Shown here: positions 21,535 through 29,549 of the stretch, one piece after another
Numbering within the stretch: the first letter of the stretch is position 1
Layout of the letters: each line of letters starts with the position of its first letter
Source of the DNA: Acidilobaceae archaeon
Lineage (GTDB): Archaea; Thermoproteota; Thermoprotei_A; Sulfolobales; Acidilobaceae
Assembly: GCA_038897215.1 (NCBI GenBank)
Contig: JAWAWX010000001.1
Location: 416,001 to 480,000 of the forward strand
Length of the DNA: 64,000 nt
Direction of reading: 5' to 3'
The notes under the pieces: generated by a model
What the model was told of the DNA's origin: nothing
The model's database searches: none
The model's input: the letters and a program-made list of their open reading frames with translations, nothing else
Made by a program: the position numbers and the translations under genes

Positions 21535-21586
21535 GGATGATGTGATTGGCCTTTGATGAGCATCGTGATTAGTAACGCCCAGCTGA
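21535..21586 (+). ncRNA. Box C/D methylation guide sRNA
   Basis: C GGATGA, D' ATGA, C' TCGTGA, D CTGA. D' guide TGATTGGCCTTT is the 12-nt complement of the conserved 23S AAAGGCCAAUCA as recalled. Confidence 0.75.
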
Positions 21587-22231
21587 CCTCCGGAGCCTGC
21601 TGAGGAACGGGTTGTGGGAGAGCTCAGCGGCCATGAAGGTGGAGGGACCGTGCCCCGGGTATACTCTATGGTCTGGCGGGATCGACTCAGCGATTTTCGA
21701 GAGAGTCTCCTCCATAGCGTGGGGGTCGGAGCCAGGCAAGTCTACTCTGCCCACAGACCCCTTGAATAGCACGTCGCCAGTGAACGCTAGCCTAGAGCCT
21801 ACCAGCACTATGCTACCAGGGCTGTGCCCCGGGGCTTCTAGAACTCTGAGCTCCACATCGCCTACTCTAATCGAGTCCCCCTCGCTGACTAGAGTAGAGG
21901 GGTCTACGCCGAGAGGGGGGAAGAGAGGCTCCTCTACTCCCTCTAGCCTCACCTCAGCCAGCCTCAGTGCAGCGTAGTACTCTACTCTTCCCACAACCAC
22001 GTCCGCTCCAGTGGCTCCAGCTAGCTCTGAGACTCCTAGAGTGTGGTCGAAGTGCATGTGGGTTAATACTATGGCTCTGAGCTCTGCCCCCGCTACTCTA
22101 AGCCTATCGAGCACTACGCGAACCACACCGGGCCAGCCGGGGTCTACGACTACCGCCTCTCCTCCCGAGACTAGTATGTAGCAGTTGGTCGCGAGAGAGC
22201 CTCCTCTAACGACCTCTACGAGAGCCCCCAA
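21569..22231 (-). CDS. MBL-fold metallo-hydrolase (glyoxalase II-like)
   Basis: THMHFDH, PGHSPG, FTGD, PGHG. Confidence 0.92.
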   Translation of the reverse strand: MGALVEVVRGGSLATNCYILVSGGEAVVVDPGWPGVVRVVLDRLRVAGAELRAIVLTHMHFDHTLGVSELAGATGADVVVGRVEYYAALRLAEVRLEGVEEPLFPPLGVDPSTLVSEGDSIRVGDVELRVLEAPGHSPGSIVLVGSRLAFTGDVLFKGSVGRVDLPGSDPHAMEETLSKIAESIPPDHRVYPGHGPSTFMAAELSHNPFLSRLRRSAGRY

Positions 22232-22280
22232 GAGAGCCTCCCGCTCTTCTTTCGAGATGTTGAAGCTAAATGCTGTAATG

Positions 22281-23264
22281 CTAGCCTTCTAGCCAGACGC
22301 TACTCCCGGAGTCTCCGGGCTCCAGGATTCTCGTTGTCAGCACGACGTCAGTGAAGAGAGCAGACCAGCCGCCGAAGCCGACCGCGATCGTCGCGGAGGA
22401 GTCTAGAACTCTGCCTCTCGTGACGCAACTAGTCCTCCCCGTCTTGACTACTCTATCCCCCTCTCTAGCATCCACGGGAGCAGCGTCCACGGGCTTGTAC
22501 CCGAGCCCGGCTATCCTGCTAGACTTGCAGACTAAGCTGACTGTATCAGAGCCCGCGAACCCCAGGCCTGCGAGTCTGCCGGTGACGTCCATGTCTACAG
22601 CTCTCTTCTCGACATCGACTAGAGGCTTCGCTACAGCGAAGTCTACAGTGTTAACCGCCTCAACTACCGCTCTGAGCCTTGTCTTCGCTCCAGTGAGTTC
22701 AGCTAGAGTGTTGTAGACCCATGCTATAGCTCTAGCAACTAGACACTGGCTTGGAGCAAGCCAGGGGGCTATCCTCTCGTGCCACACGTAGACAGCGACT
22801 CTGTCGTCTAGCGTGCCCCCATCATGCCTCCCTGGTTGCACTATGTCTCTCACCTTGACCTCCTCGGGTCTCAGCCTCGGGTCTCCCACGAATACGTGAG
22901 CGTTGGAGCCTAGGAGGAGCTCTCCACGCTTATCCTCGAAGAACCATCCCAGAGTGCCTGCTGTGACCTCGATGCTCCCTATAGACACGCCCGCTACCAG
23001 TGGCCTGAACCTAGCCCTCTTGTCCACGCTGAGAGCTCTAACCTCCCCTATCTCCACGACGTCTGTCGGAACGCCCCCCACCTCTCTCGGTATGACCTCG
23101 TGTGGTCTAAGCTGGTCGACTGGAAGCTTCCTCGAGACGTAGACCCTCAGGCAGAGCTCTCCAGGGTCTTCTCTGCCCCTCTTGATTCTAGGCATTAGCT
23201 TATTGCTGACCCCCACGACGTTCGGATACTCTGATAGCATAGACCAGAGTCTGAGAGCCTCCAC
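22281..23264 (-). CDS. Trypsin-like (Nal1-type) serine protease with N-terminal prodomain, permuted C-terminal barrel
   Basis: His SNAHV, Asp VDFAVA, Ser GDSGS, plus AGTLG, QPG..DGG, KTGRT; no signal peptide. Confidence 0.8.
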   Translation of the reverse strand: MEALRLWSMLSEYPNVVGVSNKLMPRIKRGREDPGELCLRVYVSRKLPVDQLRPHEVIPREVGGVPTDVVEIGEVRALSVDKRARFRPLVAGVSIGSIEVTAGTLGWFFEDKRGELLLGSNAHVFVGDPRLRPEEVKVRDIVQPGRHDGGTLDDRVAVYVWHERIAPWLAPSQCLVARAIAWVYNTLAELTGAKTRLRAVVEAVNTVDFAVAKPLVDVEKRAVDMDVTGRLAGLGFAGSDTVSLVCKSSRIAGLGYKPVDAAPVDAREGDRVVKTGRTSCVTRGRVLDSSATIAVGFGGWSALFTDVVLTTRILEPGDSGSSVWLEG

Positions 23265-23406
23265 GCTCTCCCCCCACTAGGCGATAGTTTACTGAATCGA
23301 GTTGAAATAGCTCGAGTGTTGCTCGCGCTCGAGAGCTACGTGGTGCCTGCTTATAACCGCCTATTTTTCGAGATCGACGCTTAGAGGAGAGGGTGCAGTC
23401 TATACA

Positions 23407-23715
23407 ATGCACTCCTGTCATGATCTAGGCATAGATACCGATATCAGAGTCAAGGTCTGCAAGATGATAGAAGAGGTCCTAAGGGAGATCGACGGGTATA
23501 TCGACGAGTGCTTTGGTAAACGCAACCCCCTCGAGGCCATGGAGGTCAGAAAGAGGAGAGAGTTTAGAGTAGCGGCCGCGCACCTGGTTAGAGCGAGCTG
23601 GTATCTCGGCTGCCTCCCGGAGCAGATTAAGAGTAGCTCGATGCTGGCTGAGATAGTGTGGGAAGAGTTTCTGGAAGAGAGGCTGGAGAGGATAAGGAGG
23701 GGGATTGTTGAGTGA
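23407..23715 (+). CDS. Hypothetical helical protein
   Basis: 102 aa; SD-like GGAGAGGGTG and TTATAA upstream; GTGA overlap with next gene. Confidence 0.65.
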   Translation: MHSCHDLGIDTDIRVKVCKMIEEVLREIDGYIDECFGKRNPLEAMEVRKRREFRVAAAHLVRASWYLGCLPEQIKSSSMLAEIVWEEFLEERLERIRRGIVE

Positions 23716-24092
23716 CCAGAAGAGAGGGGCTTCGAAGATTCGCCGAGTTGCTGGCTAATGACTTCGATGTCGAGCCGCCAGCACTAGAGGTAGCGGGGAG
23801 GGATAAGCTACAAGAGGTCTGCGGCTCCCCCGTACTTGCTTGCTACAACTTCTACGAGAAGAAGATGTACGTTGGGGAGGACGTCGACTTATGGACGTTT
23901 CTCCACGTGTTCAGCCACCATCTACGCCTCTCCTTCCTAAACTGGGACGCTGAGAAGTTCCGCAGCGAGTTGCTGAAGTCGATGCTCGACCCTCTCTACT
24001 CGATGCCCCACGAGGCTGAAGCCGAGAGGTTCGCTAGAGTCTTCGCGAAGCTCTATAGGAAAGTGTGGGAGGAGCTAGTCGAGAAAGCCTAG
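23712..24092 (+). CDS. Zincin/ImmA-IrrE-like metallopeptidase homolog with degenerate HExxH
   Basis: ACYN..EKKMYV...TFLHVFSHH...PHEAEAERFA. Confidence 0.6.
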   Translation: MTRREGLRRFAELLANDFDVEPPALEVAGRDKLQEVCGSPVLACYNFYEKKMYVGEDVDLWTFLHVFSHHLRLSFLNWDAEKFRSELLKSMLDPLYSMPHEAEAERFARVFAKLYRKVWEELVEKA

Positions 24093-24114
24093 AGTGGAGC
24101 GAGAACTCTCCCAG

Positions 24115-24136
24115 CTCGGAGAGCGCGTTCTCCGAG
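24115..24136. terminator. Hairpin between convergent genes
   Basis: CTCGGAGA-gcgcgt-TCTCCGAG 8-bp stem between stops at 24092 and 24138. Confidence 0.3.
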
Positions 24137-24137
24137 T

Positions 24138-24407
24138 CTAGAGCTGGCTTCTCTTCTCCTCCGCGAGAGCTCTGACTTCGCCGACCTCGACTATATCAGT
24201 AGGGATTCCGTCGACCTCTCTCGGTATGACCTCGTGGGGCTTGAGGAAAGCTAGCGGTAGCTTCCTAGACACGTATACTCTTATGCAGAGCTCTCCTGGG
24301 ACCTCCTTGCCTCCCCTGATTCTAGGCATTAGCTTGTTACTAATCCCTACGACGTTAGGGTATCTTGAGAGAATCCTCCATAAGCGGTCCCAGTCTAGAG
24401 TAGCCAA
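24138..24407 (-). CDS. Stand-alone paralog of the protease N-terminal domain
   Basis: 56/73 aa identical by hand alignment to the N-terminal domain of 22281-23264. Confidence 0.85.
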   Translation of the reverse strand: MATLDWDRLWRILSRYPNVVGISNKLMPRIRGGKEVPGELCIRVYVSRKLPLAFLKPHEVIPREVDGIPTDIVEVGEVRALAEEKRSQL

Positions 24408-24495
24408 GCTCTCCGAGCCCCCCGCTTGGGGGAGTAGGGGAGCCTAATGCCTCTATTGCTCTCTTCCTCGTTTTAACCGGCTTCTAGACAGGCCC

Positions 24496-24553
24496 GGGAG
24501 TTAACTCTACTTAAACGTAAACCGCACGAAGGACTGGAGTAGAGTTAACTCCC
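24496..24553. repeat. Perfect 16-bp inverted repeat with palindromic cores
   Basis: GGGAGTTAACTCTACT (24496-24511) / AGTAGAGTTAACTCCC (24538-24553), 26-nt spacer. Confidence 0.9.
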
Positions 24554-24843
24554 AGTTAGCTGTAATGTGGGGGCTCACGAGCCTCCTTGAGGCTGATTAG
24601 AGGCTTTCTGCTAGAGTGTCTCTAGTGGGAGCCGAGGCGCTCGATGAGATGCGCTAGCTTGAGCGAACAGTATTACGCTAAGCCGCGCGAGCCTGGGGAG
24701 AGCGAGTGCTAGAGCCTGCTCGCGAGAAGCCCCTCTAGGAGCTCTCGAAACTAGCCGTAAGACGGAGAATCTCATAGAGAGCGTGAGCGAGAAGAGCTTT
24801 ACGCTCGGCTTCCGGGGGAGGGGCTGGCTCGCCTTCGGCTCTC

Positions 24844-25254
24844 TCAGCTGGAGTATCGGGAGGCTGTCGCTACCTCCTTCTCGTGGGCTCTCATGCTTCT
24901 ATCAGCGTAGTGTGCTGTGTAGTGCTTGGGCTTGAGGGCTTTGACTATGACCTCGAAGGCTCTCGCCGGGTCTGTGTGGTCTCCGCAGGTGAATATGTCT
25001 ACGGTAGCGTACTCGTACTCTAGCCACGTGTGTATCGCCACGTGGCTCTCCGTTACTAGCGCTATGACTGAGACTCCTCCCTTCTTCCCCCCGAACTTCC
25101 AGCTCTTGACCTCGTGGAGTCTGGCTCCTGAGGCGTTGACGGCCTCGACCACGATCTCTCTGAGCCTCTCCTCGTCTCCGGCGAGCTCTCTGTCTATGCT
25201 GTAGAGACTGCCGTAGACGTGCTTCCCGACTATATAGTCTCGGCCATTATGCAT
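24844..25254 (-). CDS. Pyruvoyl-dependent SAM decarboxylase-family enzyme, probably the crenarchaeal arginine decarboxylase paralog
   Basis: [25 protein letters not shown] cleavage motif, TVDIFTCG. Confidence 0.85.
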   Translation of the reverse strand: MHNGRDYIVGKHVYGSLYSIDRELAGDEERLREIVVEAVNASGARLHEVKSWKFGGKKGGVSVIALVTESHVAIHTWLEYEYATVDIFTCGDHTDPARAFEVIVKALKPKHYTAHYADRSMRAHEKEVATASRYSS

Positions 25255-25391
25255 CTCTATGCTTCAGCCTCAAGTAGCAACTCCTCGAGCTTCGAGCTAT
25301 TAAGCTCTACGGGAGCCCAGAGAGGCTACGAGCTGGTCGGCTCGCTAACCTGCGGTAATCCCGTGAGATGCTACGAGCTAAGAGCTCGCTC

Positions 25392-25934
25392 TCAGTTTCT
25401 CCGGCCGTGACCGTGGCCTTTGATCTCGTCTAGGAGGTACTCTGACATCTCCTCCAGGATGTCTAGCACTACGCTGACAGCGCTAGGGTTCCCCGGGCAG
25501 GCCACGACTAGAGACTCTCTCACGATGAAAGCCGTGGCAGAGCTCTGAACAGCTCTCAATCCGACCTCCGCGGAGCTCCTCCTCCTATGCTCCTCCCCGA
25601 AGCCAGGGAGCTCTTTCCGCGCTATTCTCCTCAAAGCCTCTACTGTGACATCGCGTGGACTCATACCAGTACCTCCAGTAACCACGACCACGCTCGCTCT
25701 CCCAGCTAGCTCTAGAACCGCTCCCCTAATCTCCCCGGGGTCGTTGGGTATCACTCTGTAAGCCACGAGCCTGAAAGGAGGCCTAGTACACCTCCTCCTA
25801 ACAATCTCCCACGTCTCATCCCTCTTACCGCCCCAGTAGACAGAGTTACTCGGGACAACGAAAGCCACAGGAACCTCGGCCACCAAGCCGGCACCAAGCC
25901 GCTCCCGCCGACGCGAGCCTTTAACCACACACAC
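25392..25934 (-). CDS. moaB: Molybdenum cofactor biosynthesis protein MoaB/MogA
   Basis: TGGTGMSPRDVTVEA, LPGFGE, PGNP; true start probably slightly downstream. Confidence 0.85.
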   Translation of the reverse strand: MCVVKGSRRRERLGAGLVAEVPVAFVVPSNSVYWGGKRDETWEIVRRRCTRPPFRLVAYRVIPNDPGEIRGAVLELAGRASVVVVTGGTGMSPRDVTVEALRRIARKELPGFGEEHRRRSSAEVGLRAVQSSATAFIVRESLVVACPGNPSAVSVVLDILEEMSEYLLDEIKGHGHGRRN

Positions 25935-26002
25935 CTACCCACCAAGAAAGCCAAAGCGTTGAGAATTCAGCACATGAAGCCACGAGGATATAGAAATTAG
26001 AT

Positions 26003-26422
26003 GTGTGGGCTTTTCCTAGGTCTAGACCAGAGCATAGATGTAATAGGGGAAGTGACAAGGAGGTGGAGGTGTTGCGCAGAATGCGTGCATTTTCAAGGTT
26101 TGCGTGTCGGCTTCTAGACTCTCCATGTGATGCTCTCGTTTACCTCGTGGAAACTCATTTCTTAAGGTCTAGGCGTGGGTCTCCTCGACCATCGTTCGTG
26201 AGATATGTCGTTATTGCTACTCTATTCTTACTGTCATCTCTAATTATTTTCGTTATTGTCTCCTGGATTGTGTGGCTTATGTTGAATCTCTTGGGAGGCC
26301 ATGTATACGGCTTGGAAGCTCTTGTACTCTTCTTTTTGCCTTTTCTGACTGCATCTCTGCCTTTTCTGTGCTCGATTAAATATTTTCAACGCGCGCTCAA
26401 ACACTTAAGGGTTAGGGTTTGA
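26003..26422 (+). CDS. Hypothetical two-TM membrane protein, AT-rich
   Basis: Two hydrophobic stretches; SD GGAGGTGG near 26060 suggests a later start. Confidence 0.5.
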   Translation: MWAFPRSRPEHRCNRGSDKEVEVLRRMRAFSRFACRLLDSPCDALVYLVETHFLRSRRGSPRPSFVRYVVIATLFLLSSLIIFVIVSWIVWLMLNLLGGHVYGLEALVLFFLPFLTASLPFLCSIKYFQRALKHLRVRV

Positions 26423-26423
26423 G

Positions 26424-27329
26424 CTAGGGGCTTCTGATGTATCCCGAGCCGTCGCAGACGGTCTTGGTGACTAGTATCCCTTCTCTGCATGTAGCGAACT
26501 CTAGTGCGTGCTTCTCTGTTGCTTCTCGCGCTTTCTCTAGTATCTCCTGCCTCAGGCTTCTCTTGAGATATCTGTAGCCGCGGACCCTCTCTCCCTCGAG
26601 CCGGTACAGTCTCCTGAGCTCTCCCTCTATGCTCGGTAGTGCTCTCGCTAGCCTCTCGAAGTTATCCGGCTTGGCTTTGTAGGTGCTCGCTGTTATCTGG
26701 AGTGCTCCTGCTCTCGCTGCTTCCCTGACTACTGCCTCTATGTTCTCGCTCGAGTCGTTAACTAGAGGGATGATTGGATCAAGCCTGATAGTCACAGGGA
26801 TCCCCGCGGACGCGAGTCTCGCCACTGCTCTCAGCCTGAGCTGGGGCGGGGGCGCTCCCGGCTCGAGGATAGCCGCTAGCCTCTCGTCTAGCGTGGTCAC
26901 TGTCACCGCCACGGCCACTCTACCCTTGTGCTTCTCCAAGACTTCAGCGTAGTCTAGGAGCACGTGGGGAGCCTTAGTCGTGACCAAGACTCTGAACCCT
27001 CTGGAGAGCAGCAAGCCGAGGACTCTGGCTGTCGCTCTATGCTCTAGCTCGAGAGGCTGGAGGGGGTCGCTGCTAGCCGAGAGCTCTACGAGAGAGCCCC
27101 GGGGGACTCGGCGCGAGTCTCTCTCGACGCTCTCGACGAGCCCCGGCTTCAAGCGGGGCTCGAAGAACCTCCTGATGTAGCTCGAGGCGTAGCAGTAGAG
27201 ACACCCGTGGCCGCAGCCGGTGTAAGGGTTCACTGTCCACTTGGGGGGGCAAGTGCACAGAGGAGACCTCCACGGGTCGAAGGGTCTCAGGACTCTCCAG
27301 CTCCCCGACCCCATAGAGCCGTGCTCCAC
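26424..27329 (-). CDS. Radical SAM protein (SPL-like family)
   Basis: NPYTGCGHGCLYCYA CxxxCxxC; SDPLQP, EPGAPPP. Confidence 0.9.
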   Translation of the reverse strand: MEHGSMGSGSWRVLRPFDPWRSPLCTCPPKWTVNPYTGCGHGCLYCYASSYIRRFFEPRLKPGLVESVERDSRRVPRGSLVELSASSDPLQPLELEHRATARVLGLLLSRGFRVLVTTKAPHVLLDYAEVLEKHKGRVAVAVTVTTLDERLAAILEPGAPPPQLRLRAVARLASAGIPVTIRLDPIIPLVNDSSENIEAVVREAARAGALQITASTYKAKPDNFERLARALPSIEGELRRLYRLEGERVRGYRYLKRSLRQEILEKAREATEKHALEFATCREGILVTKTVCDGSGYIRSP

Positions 27330-27564
27330 GCAAGCCAGCTCGGAGACTTGAGCCTAATCAAGCTTACACGAGCCGCCGGCCCCGCGTGCCGGAACCCGTG
27401 TCAGCGCTCTTAGCCCCCACTGCCGCGCCGGGCTCTCGGCCCTCTCTCCTCGGCTGGTCTGCCGTGAGAGGTGCTTAGACGCGCTAGAGAACTCCATCAG
27501 CCGTCTTGGGGGAGCTCGTTTTTAGAGTAGATTAGCTTCGGGGGCTTGTTGAGGAGCTGGGTGG

Positions 27565-27816
27565 TTGCTTGTGGTTAGGAAGCGTCTCGTTATCAGTAGG
27601 GAGGCATGGGAGGCGTGTACTGCTACCCCCTCCCACTCTCTCGTCGGCTTTATGGAGGACCTTAAGCCTGGCGAGGAGGTAGAGATTGTTGGAGACGAGG
27701 AGTACGCTCCTTTGGAGGCTGTGGTCAGGATCCTCACGTGGAGGTGGAGAGTTGAGGTTGTTGGCGTCGAGAGAGAGGGGCATAGGTACGTCTTGAGGGT
27801 TAGGAAGGTGGGCTGA
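27565..27816 (+). CDS. TusA/SirA-like sulfur carrier
   Basis: CTATP, LKPGEEVEIVGD, C-terminal YVLRVRK; abuts cysteine desulfurase. Confidence 0.6.
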   Translation: MLVVRKRLVISREAWEACTATPSHSLVGFMEDLKPGEEVEIVGDEEYAPLEAVVRILTWRWRVEVVGVEREGHRYVLRVRKVG

Positions 27817-29049
27817 TTGGGTTTCAGCTGCGAGAAGGTTAGAGAGGACTTCCCCGAGCTCTCTAGGCGGAAGGTAGTCTACCTGGATAGCACTGCTAGT
27901 AGCTTGAAGCCCAGGCGGGTCATTGAGGCTATGGCTGAGTTCATGAGCTACAGCTACGCTAACGTCCATAGAGGAGTCTACACTCTCTCTCTCGAGGCTT
28001 CAAGAGCATACGATGAAGCTCATGAGGTCGTAGCTAGATTCATAGGAGCTAGAGACTGGAGAGAGGTGGTCTTCACCAAGAGTACTACCGAGGCTATGCA
28101 GCTCCTAGCTCAAACCTTCATCCACAACAGGATAGTAAAGCAGGGTGATGAAGTGATACTGACTGAAGCAGAACACAACAGCACTCTACTCCCGTGGTAT
28201 AGAGCGGCGAAGAGCGCTGGAGCTAGAGTAAAGCTAGTCCCCGTAGACGAGGAGGGAGTACCTCGCTGGAGTCTCCTAGAGAGCATGGTCTCGGAGAAGA
28301 CTAGAGCAGTCGTCTTCGCTCACGTCTCAAACGTTACCGGCTACGTATCAGACGTCAGGAGAATAGCTAGGATAGCTCACAGCGTTGGAGCATACGTGGT
28401 AGTCGATGGAGCTCAGTCTGTTCCACACTTGAAGACTAGAGTCTACGAGCTGGAAGCAGACTTCTTAGCATTCAGCGGTCACAAGATGCTAGGGCCCACG
28501 GGCATAGGGGTTCTCTGGGGCCGCCTAGACATCCTGGAGGACTTAGAGAACCCTCTTGGTGGAGGCGATACCGTGAAGAACGTGACTCTAGCAGGCGAAG
28601 ACCTTATCATAGAGTGGGAAGACTTGCCGATGAGGTTCGAAGCAGGGACGCCCCCGATAGTCGAGGCAGTGGGCTTAGCCGAAGCCGTGAGATACCTTGA
28701 GTCGCTCGGCATGGAGAGCGTTGAGGAGCACGATAGAGAGCTCACTAGGCTCGCTCTCAGAGAGCTCGAGGAGATCGAGGAGGTCAAGATCGTCGGCCCC
28801 CGAGACCCCCAGAAGAAGACAAGCATAGTGGCTTTCAACGTGGGTAGTGTAGCCCCAGACCTGGTGGGGCTCTGGCTTGACAGCATGGGGATAGCTGTGA
28901 GGACGGGGCGCCACTGCGCTCACGTGCTCCACCAGAGGCTAGGCTTGCCTCTGGGAAGCGTTAGAGCCAGCTTCTACGTCTACAACTGCAGGGAGGACGT
29001 GTACGCTCTAAGCGAGGCTCTGAGAAAGCTCTCGGCTACGATAAAGTAG
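27817..29049 (+). CDS. sufS: SufS-type cysteine desulfurase
   Basis: YLDSTASSLKP, FSGHKMLGPTG, FEAGTP, RTGRHCA. Confidence 0.92.
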   Translation: MGFSCEKVREDFPELSRRKVVYLDSTASSLKPRRVIEAMAEFMSYSYANVHRGVYTLSLEASRAYDEAHEVVARFIGARDWREVVFTKSTTEAMQLLAQTFIHNRIVKQGDEVILTEAEHNSTLLPWYRAAKSAGARVKLVPVDEEGVPRWSLLESMVSEKTRAVVFAHVSNVTGYVSDVRRIARIAHSVGAYVVVDGAQSVPHLKTRVYELEADFLAFSGHKMLGPTGIGVLWGRLDILEDLENPLGGGDTVKNVTLAGEDLIIEWEDLPMRFEAGTPPIVEAVGLAEAVRYLESLGMESVEEHDRELTRLALRELEEIEEVKIVGPRDPQKKTSIVAFNVGSVAPDLVGLWLDSMGIAVRTGRHCAHVLHQRLGLPLGSVRASFYVYNCREDVYALSEALRKLSATIK

Positions 29050-29070
29050 AGTACAGCCTGGCGGGAAAGC

Positions 29071-29499
29071 CTATCCCAGCATGGCGAACTCAGGGTTAGC
29101 GAGGAAGACTAGAGCCCCCTCTCCGTAAGCGTACCTAGCCGCCTCTACTAGAGCGAAGCCTCCGGGGCTTAGCTTTATGTTGCCTCCGCCTATGAGAGCA
29201 GTCACGATAGCCTCTATGCTTGGAGAGTGCCCCACGAAGACCGCTCCGTCTCTCACGTATCTCGCTATAGCCTCGAAGCTAGCTATTGCTGGAGCTAGCT
29301 CCGAGAGAGTCGCGTAGCTCGACTTCTTCACCTTAGCTATGACTCTCGCTGTCTCCACGGCTTTATCGTAGGGGCTAGAGTAGACGATCGACGGCCTGAT
29401 CGGGAGGAGCTTGGCCATGAGTTCTGCCTGAAGAGAGTTGATATCGCGTAGAGACGCTCCAACCCCCTCAGCGTGCCTGAAGAAAGCGAGCCTCAGCAC
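29071..29499 (-). CDS. SixA-like histidine phosphatase
   Basis: FRHAE, SSPY.KA.ETA, VGHSP. Confidence 0.8.
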   Translation of the reverse strand: MLRLAFFRHAEGVGASLRDINSLQAELMAKLLPIRPSIVYSSPYDKAVETARVIAKVKKSSYATLSELAPAIASFEAIARYVRDGAVFVGHSPSIEAIVTALIGGGNIKLSPGGFALVEAARYAYGEGALVFLANPEFAMLG

Positions 29500-29549
29500 G
29501 CACAGCCCCTCCAGTCTCTCGCTCCCGAGCGTTTATCCGAGAGTCCAGC

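Noticed and set aside
22240-22283. Read-through or frameshift restoring a normal protease C-terminus
   Set aside because: After the TAG come four codons (HYSI) and another TAG. No GLxFAG-like segment follows, and that motif is already present internally.
24600-24843. Gene fragment or C/D RNA upstream of the inverted repeat
   Set aside because: Only short frames with no recognisable homology; box spacing does not fit.
27360-27520. GC-rich intergenic stretch as SRP, RNase P or H/ACA RNA
   Set aside because: No recognisable conserved motifs; only short hairpins expected at this GC content.
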